From an uncultured cyanobacterium (GTDB taxonomy: Bacteria > Cyanobacteriota > Cyanobacteriia > PCC-9006 > JAAUQQ01), in contig OY970368.1 in NCBI GenBank assembly GCA_963718615.1, forward strand, positions 3,808,001 through 3,872,000: a stretch of 64,000 bases of DNA, written 5' to 3'. The notes beneath the pieces were generated by a model. That model did no database searches. It was not told where the DNA came from and was given only the letters and a program-made list of their open reading frames with translations. Positions 1-12,839 of the stretch are shown one piece after another (position 1 is the stretch's first letter; each line of letters begins with the position of its first letter). The position numbers and the translations under genes are program-made.

Positions 1-1794
1 TCCATGCGGGTACTCGATGGGGTTATCGCCGTTTTCTGTTCAGTTGGGGGTGTTCAGCCGCAGTCTGAAACCGTTTGGCGTCAGGCCAATCGCTACCATG
101 TTCCCCGATTTGCGTTCGTCAACAAGATGGACCGTACGGGAGCAGATTTTTACAAGGTTTACAGCCAGATCAAAGATCGTCTCAAAACCAATGCAGTCCC
201 GATTCAGCTTCCCATTGGCGCAGAGAATGACTTCAAAGGTGTCGTTGATCTCATACGACTGAAAGCCTACGTCTACACCAACGATCTGGGCACGGATATT
301 CAGGTCAGCGATATTCCAGAAGAGATGCAAGAGCAGGTCGAAGAGTTTCGGACGCTGCTGATAGAAGCGGCTGCCGAAACAGATGACATCTTGATGGAGA
401 AATATTTAGAAGGGGAACCCCTGAGCGAAGCAGAACTGCGCACGGCCATTCGTAAAGCCACGATCGCAGGCACCATGATGCCCATGCTCTGTGGCTCTGC
501 CTTCAAAAATAAAGGCATTCAGCCCCTGCTGGATGCCGTGATTGACTATCTCCCTGCCCCAACAGATGTGCTCGCCATCCAAGGCACACTACCCAATGGA
601 GAACCAGCCGTTCGCCATTCTTCCGATGAAGAACCCTTCTCAGCCTTGGCCTTTAAGGTCATGTCTGACCCCTATGGCCGGTTAACATTTATCCGGATGT
701 ATTCGGGAGTCCTCGAAAAGGGCAGCTACGTTTACAATTCTTCAAAGGGTAAGAAAGAACGCGTGTCTCGCCTCATCATCCTCAAAGCAGATGAACGGCT
801 TGAGGTGGATGAGTTACGGGCAGGAGATTTGGGCGCAGTTTTGGGCCTCAAAGACACCTTCACCGGAGATACGCTCTGTGACGACCAGAAACCCATTATT
901 TTGGAGTCTCTATTTGTCCCAGAACCCGTCATCTCTGTGGCGGTCGAACCCAAAACCAAGCAGGATATGGAGAAGCTTTCAAAAGCACTTCAGTCCCTTG
1001 CTCAAGAAGACCCAACTTTCCGTGTTTCGGTTGATCCCGAAACCAATCAAACGGTGATTGCAGGAATGGGGGAATTACACCTAGATATTCTCGTGGACCG
1101 CATGAAGCGAGAATTCAAGGTGGAGGCAAATATCGGTGCGCCCCAGGTGGCTTATCGAGAAACGATTCGCAAGGCAGCCCAGGCAGAGGGCAAATTTATT
1201 CGTCAGAGCGGCGGTAAGGGTCAATATGGTCACGTTGTGATTGAGCTTGAACCCGGTGAAGCTGGTTCTGGGTTTGAATTTGTTTCTAAGATTGTGGGGG
1301 GAAGCATTCCTAAGGAATACATCGGTCCTGCGGAGCAAGGCATTAAGGAAACCTGCGAGTCAGGAGTTCTAGCCGGATATCCGCTGATCGATGTCAAGGT
1401 GACCTTAGTGGATGGTTCTTTCCATGATGTAGACTCCTCCGAAATGGCTTTCAAAATTGCGGGTTCTATGGCACTCAAAGCAGCCGTTAAAAAAGCTGAC
1501 GCCGTGCTGATGGAGCCTATGATGAAAGTCGAGGTGGAGGCCCCTGAAGATTTCTTGGGCAATGTCATGGGGGATTTGATTTCTCGCCGAGGTCAAATCG
1601 AAGGCCAAGTCACCGAGAATGCCACTGCGAAGGTCATCACCAAGGTGCCCTTGGCAGAGATGTTCGGGTATGCCACCGACATCCGGTCCATGACTCAGGG
1701 TCGTGGCATATTTTCCATGGAGTTCAACAGCTACGAGGATGTTCCGAAAAACGTTGCGGAAACCATCATCGCGAAGAACAAAGGGAACGCATAA
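1..1794 (+). CDS. fusA: Elongation factor G (5'-truncated by window edge)
   Basis: NKMD G4 motif, [28 protein letters not shown]; directly upstream of tuf. Confidence 0.99.
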   Translation, partial: SMRVLDGVIAVFCSVGGVQPQSETVWRQANRYHVPRFAFVNKMDRTGADFYKVYSQIKDRLKTNAVPIQLPIGAENDFKGVVDLIRLKAYVYTNDLGTDIQVSDIPEEMQEQVEEFRTLLIEAAAETDDILMEKYLEGEPLSEAELRTAIRKATIAGTMMPMLCGSAFKNKGIQPLLDAVIDYLPAPTDVLAIQGTLPNGEPAVRHSSDEEPFSALAFKVMSDPYGRLTFIRMYSGVLEKGSYVYNSSKGKKERVSRLIILKADERLEVDELRAGDLGAVLGLKDTFTGDTLCDDQKPIILESLFVPEPVISVAVEPKTKQDMEKLSKALQSLAQEDPTFRVSVDPETNQTVIAGMGELHLDILVDRMKREFKVEANIGAPQVAYRETIRKAAQAEGKFIRQSGGKGQYGHVVIELEPGEAGSGFEFVSKIVGGSIPKEYIGPAEQGIKETCESGVLAGYPLIDVKVTLVDGSFHDVDSSEMAFKIAGSMALKAAVKKADAVLMEPMMKVEVEAPEDFLGNVMGDLISRRGQIEGQVTENATAKVITKVPLAEMFGYATDIRSMTQGRGIFSMEFNSYEDVPKNVAETIIAKNKGNA

Positions 1795-1822
1795 TTAGTC
1801 AAGACAGAGGAAGAAATAGCAA

Positions 1823-3052
1823 ATGGCACGCGCAAAGTTTGAAAGAAACAAGCCCCACGTCAACATCGGCACCATCGGTCACGTTGACCATGGCAAAACC
1901 ACGCTGACGGCAGCAATCACCACCGTTTTGGCGAAAGCTGGTAACTCGAAGGCTCGTGCTTATGACGAGATTGACGCAGCTCCTGAAGAGAAGGCGCGGG
2001 GGATCACGATCAACACTGCTCACGTTGAGTATGAGACCGAAGCTCGTCACTATGCTCACGTGGACTGCCCCGGTCACGCGGATTATGTGAAAAACATGAT
2101 CACGGGTGCGGCTCAGATGGATGGTGCCATTTTGGTCGTCTCCGCTGCTGATGGTCCCATGCCCCAAACCCGCGAACATATTCTGCTGGCGAAGCAGGTG
2201 GGTGTTCCTCACATCGTCGTGTTCCTCAATAAGGAAGACATGGTTGATGACGAGGAGCTTCTAGAGCTCGTTGAGCTTGAAGTTCGTGAGCTGCTGAGCT
2301 CCTACGATTTCCCTGGCGATGACATTCCCATTGTTGCCGGTTCTGCTCTCCAGGCCCTTGAGGCCATCCAAGGTGGCGCGTCAGGCGTGAAGGGCGACAA
2401 TGAATGGGTCGATAAGATCCTCAAGCTGATGGAAGAGGTTGATGCCTATATCCCGACTCCTGAGCGGGATGTGGACAAGCCATTCCTGATGGCTGTTGAG
2501 GACGTCTTCTCGATTACCGGTCGAGGTACGGTGGCTACGGGCCGAATTGAGCGGGGTACCGTTAAAGTCGGTGAGACTGTTGAAATCGTCGGTATCCGTG
2601 ACACCAGCACCACAACTGTGACCGGTGTGGAGATGTTCCAGAAAACTCTGGATTCTGGTATGGCCGGTGACAACGTCGGTCTGCTGCTTCGTGGCGTTCA
2701 GAAGGAAGATATCGAGCGCGGGATGGTGTTGGCGAAGCCCAAGTCCATTACGCCTCACACCGAGTTTGAGTCTGAGGTGTATGTTCTGAAGAAAGAAGAG
2801 GGTGGCCGTCATACACCGTTCTTCTCGGGCTATCGTCCCCAGTTCTACGTTCGGACCACCGACGTCACTGGCACAATCAGCGCATTCACCGCTGATGACG
2901 GTACCATCGCTGAAATGGTCATGCCCGGTGACCGCATCAAGATGACCGTTCAATTGATCAACCCGATCGCCATCGAACAAGGGATGCGCTTCGCAATTCG
3001 CGAAGGCGGTCGCACCATCGGTGCAGGTGTTGTGTCTAAGATTCTCAAGTAA
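1823..3052 (+). CDS. tuf: Elongation factor Tu
   Basis: [23 protein letters not shown] motifs. Confidence 0.99.
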   Translation: MARAKFERNKPHVNIGTIGHVDHGKTTLTAAITTVLAKAGNSKARAYDEIDAAPEEKARGITINTAHVEYETEARHYAHVDCPGHADYVKNMITGAAQMDGAILVVSAADGPMPQTREHILLAKQVGVPHIVVFLNKEDMVDDEELLELVELEVRELLSSYDFPGDDIPIVAGSALQALEAIQGGASGVKGDNEWVDKILKLMEEVDAYIPTPERDVDKPFLMAVEDVFSITGRGTVATGRIERGTVKVGETVEIVGIRDTSTTTVTGVEMFQKTLDSGMAGDNVGLLLRGVQKEDIERGMVLAKPKSITPHTEFESEVYVLKKEEGGRHTPFFSGYRPQFYVRTTDVTGTISAFTADDGTIAEMVMPGDRIKMTVQLINPIAIEQGMRFAIREGGRTIGAGVVSKILK

Positions 3053-3141
3053 TTGCGCTTGTTGAATATATAACTTTGGCTTCAGCAGTTGGCCGACGCT
3101 GACTGCTGGAGCTTTTTGAAGCTCTGGTTTGGAAACTACTC

Positions 3142-3459
3142 ATGGCAACGCTGCAACAACAGAAGATTCGAATTCGATTGAAGGCATTCGATCGCCGTTT
3201 GCTGGATACGTCCTGCGAAAAGATTGTCGATACTGCAAATCGCACCAATGCGACTGCCATCGGCCCGATCCCGCTGCCGACTAAACGTCGCATTTACTGC
3301 GTTCTCCGTTCTCCCCACGTGGATAAAGATTCTCGGGAGCATTTCGAGAGCCGTACTCACCGTCGTATTGTTGATATTTATCAGCCTTCGTCTAAGACGA
3401 TCGACGCATTGATGAAGTTGGATCTACCCGCTGGGGTTGATATTGAAGTGAAGCTTTAA
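3142..3459 (+). CDS. rpsJ: 30S ribosomal protein S10
   Basis: [10 protein letters not shown]...GPIPLPT...[13 protein letters not shown]. Confidence 0.99.
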   Translation: MATLQQQKIRIRLKAFDRRLLDTSCEKIVDTANRTNATAIGPIPLPTKRRIYCVLRSPHVDKDSREHFESRTHRRIVDIYQPSSKTIDALMKLDLPAGVDIEVKL

Positions 3460-3536
3460 GAGCGATCGCCCAATATCTTTTATTTCGGGGAATGCAGTAC
3501 ATTGGAGAAAGCAATGTGCTGCATTTTTAGATTTTA

Positions 3537-4199
3537 ATGTCCTCCTCCTTTTCTTCTGTCTCAGTTCGAGAATTGCCTCTCTTTCCCTTGCCTGAACTGG
3601 TTCTCTTTCCGGGCCGTCCGCTGCCGCTGCATATTTTTGAATACCGGTACCGGATGATGATGAATACCATCCTGGAAACCGATCGGCGCTTTGGCGTCTT
3701 AATGTGGGACTCAGAAACAAATGAACCGGCGAAGGTGGGTTGCTGTGCCGAAGTGCTTCAGTATGAGCGCCTACCCGATGACCACATGAATGTCTTGACC
3801 CTGGGTCAGCAGCGGTTTCGAGTCTTAGAATATGTGCGGGAAAAACCCTATCGGGTGGGGCTAGTGGAGTGGATTGAAGACCAGACACCGCCGCAGGATT
3901 TACGTCCTTTAGCACGGGATGTGGAGCAAATCTTACGGGATGTTGTCCATCTTTACGGCAAGTTGTCGGGACAAGAAATGACCTTGCCGGATGAATTGCC
4001 GACGCTACCGCGAGAGCTATCGTTTTGGGTTGCCCACACGTTGAATGGAGCGTCCGAGGAGCAGCAGGCTTTGTTAGAGACCCAGGACACCCAGGCTCGG
4101 CTAGAACGAGAGCTGGAAATTCTCAGCATGACTCGGAGTCAACTGGCGGCTCGTACGGTTCTGAAGGACACCTTTTCAGACGCCACCCGTGACGATTAG
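3537..4199 (+). CDS. LON peptidase substrate-binding domain protein
   Basis: LPLFPL...LFPG...LHIFE.RYR motif; usual position after rpsJ in cyanobacteria. Confidence 0.9.
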   Translation: MSSSFSSVSVRELPLFPLPELVLFPGRPLPLHIFEYRYRMMMNTILETDRRFGVLMWDSETNEPAKVGCCAEVLQYERLPDDHMNVLTLGQQRFRVLEYVREKPYRVGLVEWIEDQTPPQDLRPLARDVEQILRDVVHLYGKLSGQEMTLPDELPTLPRELSFWVAHTLNGASEEQQALLETQDTQARLERELEILSMTRSQLAARTVLKDTFSDATRDD

Positions 4200-4243
4200 C
4201 AACCACTAGCGACGCTTAGGGAAATCAATTATTAGACAATCAA

Positions 4244-5632
4244 TCAGAAATCGGCATTGAGGGGCGATCGCGGAAAGGGAATCACGTCGCGAATATTCCC
4301 CATACCCGTCATAAATTGAACCAGTCGCTCAAAGCCTAGGCCAAAACCCGCATGGGGTACTGTGCCATAGCGACGCAGGTCGGTGTACCACCAGTAATCT
4401 TCCTTGGGTAAGCCCATTTCCTCAATCCGACGTTCCAGAATATCAAGACGTTCTTCCCGCTGGGAACCGCCAATGATTTCACCGATGCCGGGAGCGAGAA
4501 CATCCATGGCGCGAACGGTTTTGCCGTCGTCGCTGAGGCGCATGTAGAAGGCTTTGATTTGCGTGGGGTAATCGGTAACGATGAGCGGCTTTTTGAACAG
4601 TTCTTCGGCTAAGTAGCGTTCATGTTCGGATTGGAGATCGATGCCCCACTCGACGGGGTAATCGAAGGTGCGATCGCTCTTCTCCAACAGCGCCACCGCC
4701 TCGGTATAGGTAATCCGTTCAAAGTTGCTGTTAATCATCGTCTGCGCCCGCGCCAGCACCTCCTGATCAATTCGTTCGTTGAAAAATTCCATGTCTTCAG
4801 GGCAGCATTCGAGCACCCGCTGGAAGACAAATTTGAGAAATTCTTCGGCCAAATCCATATTGCCGTCGAGGTTACAAAACGCCATTTCAGGCTCCACCAT
4901 CCAAAACTCCGCCAAGTGTCGCGAGGTGTTGGAGTTTTCAGCGCGGAACGTGGGACCAAAGGTGTAGACATTGCTGAAGGCCGTCGCCATAATTTCAGCT
5001 TCGAGCTGACCGCTAACGGTCAAATAGGCAGGCTTACCGAAAAAGTCCTGGGAATAGTCAGGTTTCCCCTCCGGCGTCCTCGGCACTTGGGTCAGGTCAA
5101 ACGTCGTGACGCCAAACATCTCCCCTGCCCCTTCGCAATCGCTAGCGGTAATGATCGGGCTATGAATCCAGAGAAACCCCCGCTCCTGGAAAAATTCATG
5201 AATCGCACTGGCGCAGGCATTGCGCACCCGCATCACAGCCCCAAGCGTATTGGTGCGGGGACGAAGATGGGCGATGGTGCGCAGAAATTCAAAGGAGTGA
5301 CGTTTTTTTTGCAGCGGATAATCCGGCCCAGCGGTGCCAAAGACTTCAACCGCAGTTGCTTTGATTTCGATCGCTTGTCCCTTGCCGGGAGAGGGGGTGA
5401 GGACACCGCTAACGGCAACCGAGGCTCCGGTATTGAGGGCGGCGATCGCCTCCCCATAGTTGGGCAAATGAGCATCCATCACCACCTGAATGCCCTTAAG
5501 CGATGAGCCGTCGTTGATTTCCGCAAAGGTAAATTCTTTCTGTGCGCGCTTGGTGCGGACCCAGCCCTGAATTTTAACGGTTTCATCGGGCTGGCCGTGG
5601 CGGAGGCAATCAACAATCCGGCGGAGGGTCAT
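4244..5632 (-). CDS. asnS: Asparagine--tRNA ligase
   Basis: [39 protein letters not shown]. Confidence 0.98.
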   Translation of the reverse strand: MTLRRIVDCLRHGQPDETVKIQGWVRTKRAQKEFTFAEINDGSSLKGIQVVMDAHLPNYGEAIAALNTGASVAVSGVLTPSPGKGQAIEIKATAVEVFGTAGPDYPLQKKRHSFEFLRTIAHLRPRTNTLGAVMRVRNACASAIHEFFQERGFLWIHSPIITASDCEGAGEMFGVTTFDLTQVPRTPEGKPDYSQDFFGKPAYLTVSGQLEAEIMATAFSNVYTFGPTFRAENSNTSRHLAEFWMVEPEMAFCNLDGNMDLAEEFLKFVFQRVLECCPEDMEFFNERIDQEVLARAQTMINSNFERITYTEAVALLEKSDRTFDYPVEWGIDLQSEHERYLAEELFKKPLIVTDYPTQIKAFYMRLSDDGKTVRAMDVLAPGIGEIIGGSQREERLDILERRIEEMGLPKEDYWWYTDLRRYGTVPHAGFGLGFERLVQFMTGMGNIRDVIPFPRSPLNADF

Positions 5633-5749
5633 AGCGTCTGTCGTGGGGGTTAGCGATAAAAATCGTGGGGTTCTGTGACATTATTGCTCAGGATTTGGGC
5701 GATCGTCCGGAAAGGAGAGGCAAACCCCATTTCCTCCTGTTGAGTAGGT

Positions 5750-6016
5750 TTAGAACTCCGTCTCCTCCAAGGTCTCAATTAACAAGCCCAACTGCTCCTG
5801 CTTGCCCTGCAAAAACTGCTCGCACTGCTTGAGATAAGTCACGGCTTGGCCAAATTGTTCAAACACCTCTCCCAACTCCAATTCCCCGGTTTCCAGTCGA
5901 GCCACGATCGCTTCAACCGCTTCGACTGTGGTTTCATAATGCCAATCGGGAGGAATCAGCGCTTCAGCCGCTGGGGCAGAACCTGCAACCGCTGGTGACT
6001 TTGGTTTTCTAGGCAT
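5750..6016 (-). CDS. xseB: Exodeoxyribonuclease VII small subunit
   Basis: YE...[15 protein letters not shown] pattern, downstream of xseA. Confidence 0.92.
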   Translation of the reverse strand: MPRKPKSPAVAGSAPAAEALIPPDWHYETTVEAVEAIVARLETGELELGEVFEQFGQAVTYLKQCEQFLQGKQEQLGLLIETLEETEF

Positions 6017-6031
6017 TGGATTTCACTCTCT

Positions 6032-6083
6032 TTCAAGTTTGACGGTTCAAGTTTGCCGCTTCAGGTTTGCCGCTTCAAGTTTG
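6032..6083. repeat. Short tandem repeat, 14-bp unit TTCAAGTTTGCCGC x~3.5
   Basis: Units start at 6032, 6046, 6060, 6074 in the xseA-xseB gap. Confidence 0.85.
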
Positions 6084-6101
6084 AGGGCTCAATTCTGGAA
6101 T

Positions 6102-7343
6102 TTATTCTGGTTCCACCTCCGTCACGATCGCCCGCACCCGACCTTTTCCCAGTTGCACCGTCACCTCATCGCCGATGGAGAGCGATCGCCCCTCCCGGAC
6201 CACCTCACCATTGGCCTGACGCACCAACCCATAGCCCCGCCGCAAAACGGCCTTTGGATCCAACGCCTCCAGGGTTTGCACCAATGCTTTTTGCCGCTGC
6301 TGCGCCGCTGATAACCGCCGCTGAATCCCTTGCACCAAGCGTTGACGGAGCCAAACGGTCTGCTGCTGCTCCTGCCGCAACTGCTTGCCAATACCGTAAA
6401 CCTCAAGCCTACGCCGGAGGGACTGCACCTGCTCCTGTTGATCGAGCAACCGAGTGGCGATCGCCTGCCGGAGGCGCAGAACCAAGGCCTCTTGATCGAA
6501 CCAAAAATCTGCCAAATTGGGCACCGCCATCGCCGCCGCTGCCGTGGGCGTATGAGCCGCTACATCTGCGGTTAGATCCGCCAGGGACTGATCCCGCTCA
6601 TGGCCAATTCCCGCCACCAGTGGAATCGGACAATCGGCGATCGCCCGCACCACCCGTTCATCATTAAAACAAGCCAAATCCTCCGTTGCACCGCCCCCCC
6701 GCGCCAAAATAACGACTTCCGCCCGACCATCCTGAACCACCCGCGCGATCGCCCTGGCAATACTGACTGGAGCCTGGTCTCCCTGCACCGTCGCCGGAGA
6801 CAACAGCACCTTTAGCCCCGGATAGCGGCTCAGCAGTGTCCGCTGAATATCGCCCCAGGCCGCCGCTTGGGGAGAGGTCACAACGGCAATGGTTTGGGGA
6901 TGGGGAGGCAGGGGCTGCTTGCGATCGCGGTCAAACACCCCCTCCGCCTCCAGCCGCTGACGCAATTGCCGATACCGCAACGCCGCCAGACCTTCCCCCG
7001 CCGGTAAACATTGCCAAACCGTGAGCTGATATTGCCCCCGTCCTGGATAGACCCGCACCTGACCCAAAACTACAACCCGTTCGCCACTTTCCGGCAGGGT
7101 CGCCAGTTTTGTCAGCTGACTACTCCACACCACCGCATTGATTGCCGCCGCTTCTTCAGGGTCCTGGAGCGTAAAAAAAATGCCCTTGCTATGCTGCTTC
7201 GCACTAGAGACTTCACCGATCAACCAGATTTGGTGAAGCAAGCCATCCTCTTCCAAAAGGGTGCGGATATATTGAGTCACCCCCGCCACGGAAATGACGG
7301 TTTCTGGAAAAGCTTGGGGGGTCGTGCGGGAAGTCATGGGCAT
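6102..7343 (-). CDS. xseA: Exodeoxyribonuclease VII large subunit
   Basis: VVTSP..AA..D, ARGGG..EDL..FN.E, GIGHE.D, TPTAAA; start codon uncertain (7343/7337). Confidence 0.96.
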   Translation of the reverse strand: MPMTSRTTPQAFPETVISVAGVTQYIRTLLEEDGLLHQIWLIGEVSSAKQHSKGIFFTLQDPEEAAAINAVVWSSQLTKLATLPESGERVVVLGQVRVYPGRGQYQLTVWQCLPAGEGLAALRYRQLRQRLEAEGVFDRDRKQPLPPHPQTIAVVTSPQAAAWGDIQRTLLSRYPGLKVLLSPATVQGDQAPVSIARAIARVVQDGRAEVVILARGGGATEDLACFNDERVVRAIADCPIPLVAGIGHERDQSLADLTADVAAHTPTAAAAMAVPNLADFWFDQEALVLRLRQAIATRLLDQQEQVQSLRRRLEVYGIGKQLRQEQQQTVWLRQRLVQGIQRRLSAAQQRQKALVQTLEALDPKAVLRRGYGLVRQANGEVVREGRSLSIGDEVTVQLGKGRVRAIVTEVEPE

Positions 7344-7616
7344 GGGGAGGGCGATCGCAAGCCTCAATCAACAGGATTGCAAAGTTATAACAGGGTTGGC
7401 ATAAGATAATACTGATGATCTATAGTGTAAGGTAGACTGCTCAAGTAAACCGCTTAAGACAGAATGCGCTAGCGTTTCCCTCAAAAATCTGTCAGTTTTA
7501 AATTCGGCTAGCAAACTCTGTCAACTTTAAACGCTAAACGCTGAAGGTGCTCCATCGCGGTCAATATCACTGTCGATGGATGCATCCTATCCCGCCCCTT
7601 CATCCCCAAGACTCGC

Positions 7617-8819
7617 ATGGCTACAAATACCATGGCTACCCATAGCAATGACAAGAAGCAAAAAGAACAAGCGCTCAATCTAGTTCTCAGCAATATCGAG
7701 CGGAACTTTGGCAAGGGCTCGATCATGCGGCTGGGCGATGTCACCCGCATGCGGGTTGAAACCGTTTCAACGGGGGCACTAACCCTAGACCTAGCCTTGG
7801 GCGGAGGGCTTCCCAAGGGCCGAATTGTTGAGATTTATGGACCCGAAAGCTCAGGTAAAACCACCCTCGCCCTGCATGCCGTCGCGGAGGTACAAAAGCG
7901 GGGCGGGATTGCCGCATTTGTGGACGCAGAGCATGCCCTTGATCCAGTCTATGCCGCAGCCCTTGGAGTTGACGTCGAAAACCTGCTCGTGTCCCAGCCG
8001 GATACCGGGGAAATGGGGTTAGAAGTAGTTGATCAACTGGTTCGGTCGGCAGCGGTCGATATTGTGGTTATCGACTCGGTGGCAGCACTCACACCTCGGG
8101 CGGAGATTGAGGGAGAAATGGGCGATGTCCAGGTGGGCAGTCAGGCCCGCTTGATGAGCCAAGCCATGCGTAAAATCACTGGTAATATTGGCAAATCCGG
8201 CTGCACGGTGATTTTTCTCAACCAGCTCCGCCAAAAAATCGGCGTTACCTATGGCAACCCAGAGACCACAACCGGCGGCAATGCCCTCAAGTTTTACGCC
8301 TCGGTTCGCCTCGATATTCGCAGAATTCAGACTTTGAAGAAAGGCACGCAAGAATTTGGCATTCGCGCCAAGGTCAAAGTCGCCAAAAACAAGGTTGCGC
8401 CGCCGTTCCGCATTGCGGAATTCGATATTCTCTTTGGTTCCGGCATCTCTAGCCTAGGTTGCCTGCTCGACCTGGCCGAAGAAACCGGCGTAGTGGTGCG
8501 CAAGGGAGCTTGGTACAGCTATGAAGGGGACAATGTCGGTCAAGGCCGGGATAACACCATTGTCTATCTGCAAGAAAATCCCGCCATCGCAGAAACCATT
8601 GAACAACTGGTGCGCGAAAAGCTAGAAATGGGGGCTACCGTTTCAGCCAATACCGTGGGACAGCCCAGTAGCACCGTGGAAGCCTCTGAAGACACCAACG
8701 ATGGGGTTGAAGAGGTTGTGTCAATGGAGAACAGCGACGCTCTCGAAGAAGACGAGACCATCGAAGAGGAGGCACCCGTCGCGCGAACCACTAAGCGCCG
8801 AGGCCGTAGCAAGTCTTAG
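7617..8819 (+). CDS. recA: Recombinase RecA with long acidic C-terminal tail
   Basis: [29 protein letters not shown]. Confidence 0.99.
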   Translation: MATNTMATHSNDKKQKEQALNLVLSNIERNFGKGSIMRLGDVTRMRVETVSTGALTLDLALGGGLPKGRIVEIYGPESSGKTTLALHAVAEVQKRGGIAAFVDAEHALDPVYAAALGVDVENLLVSQPDTGEMGLEVVDQLVRSAAVDIVVIDSVAALTPRAEIEGEMGDVQVGSQARLMSQAMRKITGNIGKSGCTVIFLNQLRQKIGVTYGNPETTTGGNALKFYASVRLDIRRIQTLKKGTQEFGIRAKVKVAKNKVAPPFRIAEFDILFGSGISSLGCLLDLAEETGVVVRKGAWYSYEGDNVGQGRDNTIVYLQENPAIAETIEQLVREKLEMGATVSANTVGQPSSTVEASEDTNDGVEEVVSMENSDALEEDETIEEEAPVARTTKRRGRSKS

Positions 8820-8937
8820 TCTGTCTTAATCTGCGGATACATCGAGAACGCAACCGTAAGAAAGCGACCATAGGGGTGCATATTTCGCCCCCGTCGCTCC
8901 TCCATCACTCCATACCCATTCCTTTAGCAAGAATCAG

Positions 8938-9681
8938 CTAGTGAGAATCAGCGTTGAGGCGATCGAGCACCGTAGATTGTTGGTAAGCAATCCCACGACA
9001 TTTTTCCGTTTCAGGCTCTTCAGGGTGTAGAAACGTCAGAGTATCCTCCGGGCGGCTCGCTTCCAGCTCGGGCTCATCCCCGTCAAAATTCATCGCTAAA
9101 TCCTGTAAACCCAATCTCGTCCGCACATCCTCGGGTAAAATGGGCAACCGCTGGGCTTCCGGAGAAGCATAGAACTGAATGGAAAGACTCCCCACCCGAA
9201 TGCGATCGCCCTCCACCAAACGCCGCCGATAGCGCACTGCTTCTCCATTCACAAACGAACCATTAGTGCTTTGTAGATCGATCAGATAAAATCCATCGTT
9301 CTTCACATACTGAATCACCGCGTGAAAGCGAGATAGTCGCCGATCGGCAAAGGAAAGGGTGGCATCAGGCGATCGCCCAATTAACCAACAACATTCTGGT
9401 TGATAGAGATTTTGACTGCGATCGCCCAGGAGATTGGTCAACAAATAAGGCTGTCCCTGCTGCACCATCCCCACAATATAGCGAGGCACAGATTTTCCCC
9501 CACCCTGACTGGGAGTGGTTTCCAGATTTTCAAGTTCTAAAATTTCATCCAATAAATGACGGTTATTCTCGTATAACCGACAAAACACCTGGTAAAGCAC
9601 TAAGCGTTTTTCCAAGTCCGTATCCTCAGAGGAAACATTCAGCTGCTGCGCAGCTTGGAAAAGAGCAGAATTAAAATCCAT
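8938..9681 (-). CDS. FHA domain-containing protein
   Basis: IGR...SRFHA...DLQSTNGSFVNG. Confidence 0.92.
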   Translation of the reverse strand: MDFNSALFQAAQQLNVSSEDTDLEKRLVLYQVFCRLYENNRHLLDEILELENLETTPSQGGGKSVPRYIVGMVQQGQPYLLTNLLGDRSQNLYQPECCWLIGRSPDATLSFADRRLSRFHAVIQYVKNDGFYLIDLQSTNGSFVNGEAVRYRRRLVEGDRIRVGSLSIQFYASPEAQRLPILPEDVRTRLGLQDLAMNFDGDEPELEASRPEDTLTFLHPEEPETEKCRGIAYQQSTVLDRLNADSH

Positions 9682-9922
9682 AGGAACTTAAACAGCCAAT
9701 TGATGGGTTGTGCGTCACAAAATCACGTTTCACGGAATCATCTGAAGACCGCTGTCACCCTAAAACACGCGGCTGTAGCAAAATAGGGATTGGTTTAGCG
9801 CTCAGGAGCGAATAAATATAGTCCGTATTTCATTATGAAGAAGCCCCTGCCTAATGTAGACAGGGATCATACGGTAAATGAATCCGTAATTGCGCGCAGT
9901 GACACAGCGCACTAGTTAACTG

Positions 9923-10810
9923 TTAACGCGGATGCTTGCGCAGAAATGCCATTAATTCCCGGTTGACAGTTTGCGGGACCTCTTGGTTAATCCAGTGGCC
10001 GCAATCTGAGATGAGTTTAATTTTGAAGGGACCCGAGACTAATCGCTCCATTCCCTGAGAGAGCTTAGCGCTGAACAACGTATCATCCTTCCCCCAAAGG
10101 ACAAGGGTTGGCAAGCTCAAGGGCGGCACAGGCGGAGTCCACAGGCGCGCTATCCGATTGGGGATCAAAAATTGGCGATAGTAATTTAAAGCTGCCGTGA
10201 GCACACCGGGTTTGGAGAGCGCCGCCTGATACAGAGCCGCATCCTCCGCAGAAAACGCGCCTTTCCGCACGGACTGCCCTTGAAACAACTCACGCACTAA
10301 CTGCCGCAAATTCGATTGCAAAATCGCTTCGGGCAAGTTCGGGATTTGGGCGGCCCAGATATACCAACTTTGTAGAAACTGATCCAGATTGCCTAGGGTT
10401 TGGCGAATAAAACGCTGGGGGTGAGGAGCCGCCATCAAGACTAGAGCTTCGATCGAGTCAGGAAATTGTTCTGCTAGCTGCCAGGCGATCGCCCCTCCCC
10501 AACCATGGCCAACCACCCGAGCCCGCTGATATCCTAAGGCCCCGATCAACCCATGAATGTCACGCCCTAAGGTCTCCAGATCATATCCATTAGAGGGCTT
10601 GTCTGAGTCGTTATAACCTCGAAGGTCAGGGGCTACCACCTTAAAGTGTCGAGCAAGCTGTGGAATTTGGTGTCGCCAGGAGTACCAAAACTCCAAAAAA
10701 CCATGGAGGAGAATTACGAGTTCCCCTTCCCCCTGAGTCACGCAGTGAAGACGAATATTGTTGGTCTCCACAAATTCATGACGCCAGGACAGGACATTTG
10801 CTGGGGTCAT
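9923..10810 (-). CDS. Alpha/beta hydrolase (epoxide hydrolase-like)
   Basis: LLHGF.EFWYSWRHQ, DLRGY, GHGWGG, CGHW. Confidence 0.92.
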   Translation of the reverse strand: MTPANVLSWRHEFVETNNIRLHCVTQGEGELVILLHGFLEFWYSWRHQIPQLARHFKVVAPDLRGYNDSDKPSNGYDLETLGRDIHGLIGALGYQRARVVGHGWGGAIAWQLAEQFPDSIEALVLMAAPHPQRFIRQTLGNLDQFLQSWYIWAAQIPNLPEAILQSNLRQLVRELFQGQSVRKGAFSAEDAALYQAALSKPGVLTAALNYYRQFLIPNRIARLWTPPVPPLSLPTLVLWGKDDTLFSAKLSQGMERLVSGPFKIKLISDCGHWINQEVPQTVNRELMAFLRKHPR

Positions 10811-11020
10811 TGAGTTAAATCAATCCATTCACAAATAGAATACAGCCCATCGACAGTGGTCACAGCAATCTAACGAAACATTGAAGAAGGGAATAAATAT
10901 TAATAAATTCGACTATAAAAGTAAGGTGATCGCCGTTAAAACCAGCTTAACCGTCCCCAAGATCAATCCCCCAATAGCCCAAAATGCAGAAAGCTGTACT
11001 TCCCCCCGTCCTAGGCTCCG

Positions 11021-11359
11021 CTAGCGACAGGAAAGCAAAGTACAATCTGAAGGCTTAATTTGATACTTAACCAATGTCGCCAATTCTTGAAGCTGACTGA
11101 TGGCTTCCGAACCTTCCAATTTCATCAGTTCACGATCGTCCCGCATTTCAGTCCAGGTGATACCGTAGTCCGAAACAAGAAATCGAATGAGATGGCCTTC
11201 GCCAAGACTCACCATAAACGAAGCGCTATTCATCTCTCCCCCGCAGGTATAGCAGGAGGCGGGATAATTCTGATGTTCTAGGGCTTGGGCTAGGGCCTGA
11301 AGGCTCATCACCAAATCTCGAACAAACTCACTATGCTGATAGGCAAGACGTGCAAACAC
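11021..11359 (-). CDS. Conserved cyanobacterial protein (DUF1815-like)
   Basis: MF.RLA.QH..FV.DLVM.L.ALA...ASCYTC pattern. Confidence 0.8.
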   Translation of the reverse strand: MFARLAYQHSEFVRDLVMSLQALAQALEHQNYPASCYTCGGEMNSASFMVSLGEGHLIRFLVSDYGITWTEMRDDRELMKLEGSEAISQLQELATLVKYQIKPSDCTLLSCR

Positions 11360-11603
11360 GTGACTCCTCCACTCTAAAATCTATTTTACACTTTTTTAAG
11401 GATTTCGACCGCTATTCAACTCTTCAGTCAGGATAGCCCTAAGTCCGGAGAATTGGTGTAGGGTAACAACATCTATATACAGCCTGATACCGCCTAAAGT
11501 TGATATTTATTTTCAAGAAAAATGTTGAGATGACATCGGTAGGGTTACGGAAATCTTAACTTGTGTCAGCGGCTCTTTTTTGAATAGGAATCTCTCCAAA
11601 AGT

Positions 11604-11638
11604 GAAAAGGACTGTACAGAATCTGTACAGTCCTTTTC
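11604..11638. terminator. Intrinsic terminator downstream of psbA (bidirectional type)
   Basis: Perfect inverted repeat GAAAAGGACTGTACAGA-A-TCTGTACAGTCCTTTTC. Confidence 0.85.
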
Positions 11639-11694
11639 GATGTGACCTAATTCAGACCTGAGTCCGAAGACTCAAACTCACGCATTGTCAGTGA

Positions 11695-12777
11695 TTAACC
11701 GTTGATAGCAGGAGCAGTCAGAGCCACAGGAGCAGCATCACCGGAAGCGAGGTCCAAGGGGAAGTTGTGAGCATTGCGCTCGTGCATCACTTCCATACCC
11801 AGGTTCGCACGGTTCAGAATGTCCGCCCAAGTCGACACCACACGCCCTTGGCTGTCAATGATCGACTGGTTGAAGTTAAACCCGTTCAGGTTGAACGCCA
11901 TCGTCGAGACTCCCAACGAGGTCATCCAAATACCCACCACAGGCCAGGCTGCCAAGAAGAAGTGCAGCGAACGGCTGTTGTTGAACGAAGCGTATTGGAA
12001 AATCAGACGACCAAAGTAACCGTGCGCGGCAACGATGTTGTAGGTCTCTTCTTCTTGTCCAAACTTGTAGCCGTAGTTCTGAGATTCTACTTCAGTGGTC
12101 TCACGAACCAAGGAAGAAGTCACCAACGAACCGTGCATCGCGGAGAACAAGCTTCCACCGAAAACGCCAGCCACACCGAGCATGTGGAAGGGGTGCATCA
12201 GAATGTTGTGCTCAGCCTGGAACACGAACATGAAGTTGAACGTACCGGAAATACCCAGGGGCATGCCGTCAGAGAACGAACCTTGACCAATGGGGTACAC
12301 GAGGAAAACGGCACTCGCTGCTGCTACAGGTGCAGAGTAAGCTACACAAATCCAAGGACGCATGCCGAGGCGGTAGGAGAGTTCCCACTCACGACCCATG
12401 TAGGCAAAGATGCCGATGAGGAAGTGGAACACCACCAATTGGTAAGGGCCGCCGTTGTACAACCACTCATCTAGAGAAGCTGCTTCCCAGATGGGGTAGA
12501 AGTGCAGGCCAATGGCATTAGAAGAGGGCACAACCGCACCAGAGATGATGTTGTTGCCGTAGAGCAAGGAGCCAGCAACAGGCTCACGGATGCCGTCAAT
12601 GTCGACGGGGGGAGCTGCAACAAAGGCGACGATGAAGCAGACGGTCGCTGCGAGCAGCGTGGGGATCATCAGGACGCCGAACCAACCGATGTAGACCCGG
12701 TTATTCGTGCTGGTGACCCACTCACAAAACTGCTGCCACACCGACGCGCTTTCGCGACGTTGAATCGTGGTAGTCAT
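11695..12777 (-). CDS. psbA: Photosystem II D1 protein, standard form with E130 (high-light type)
   Basis: Full 360-aa D1; MGREWEL (E130); Mn ligands D170, E189, H332, E333, D342, A344 present. Confidence 0.99.
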   Translation of the reverse strand: MTTTIQRRESASVWQQFCEWVTSTNNRVYIGWFGVLMIPTLLAATVCFIVAFVAAPPVDIDGIREPVAGSLLYGNNIISGAVVPSSNAIGLHFYPIWEAASLDEWLYNGGPYQLVVFHFLIGIFAYMGREWELSYRLGMRPWICVAYSAPVAAASAVFLVYPIGQGSFSDGMPLGISGTFNFMFVFQAEHNILMHPFHMLGVAGVFGGSLFSAMHGSLVTSSLVRETTEVESQNYGYKFGQEEETYNIVAAHGYFGRLIFQYASFNNSRSLHFFLAAWPVVGIWMTSLGVSTMAFNLNGFNFNQSIIDSQGRVVSTWADILNRANLGMEVMHERNAHNFPLDLASGDAAPVALTAPAING

Positions 12778-12839
12778 TTCTTATGATTCCGAAGAAAGTT
12801 TAAGGATGTATGAGCAGAGGCTTTCGTCTCTGTGTCTAT

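Noticed and set aside
4622-5506. Long antisense ORFs (also 11767-12474, 24891-25559, 47949-48707, 60804-61583)
   Set aside because: Shadows of well-supported genes on the opposite strand; no recognisable motifs.
11695-12777. Atypical D1 (rogue, chlorophyll f synthase or far-red form)
   Set aside because: All Mn-cluster ligands and the normal C-terminus are present.
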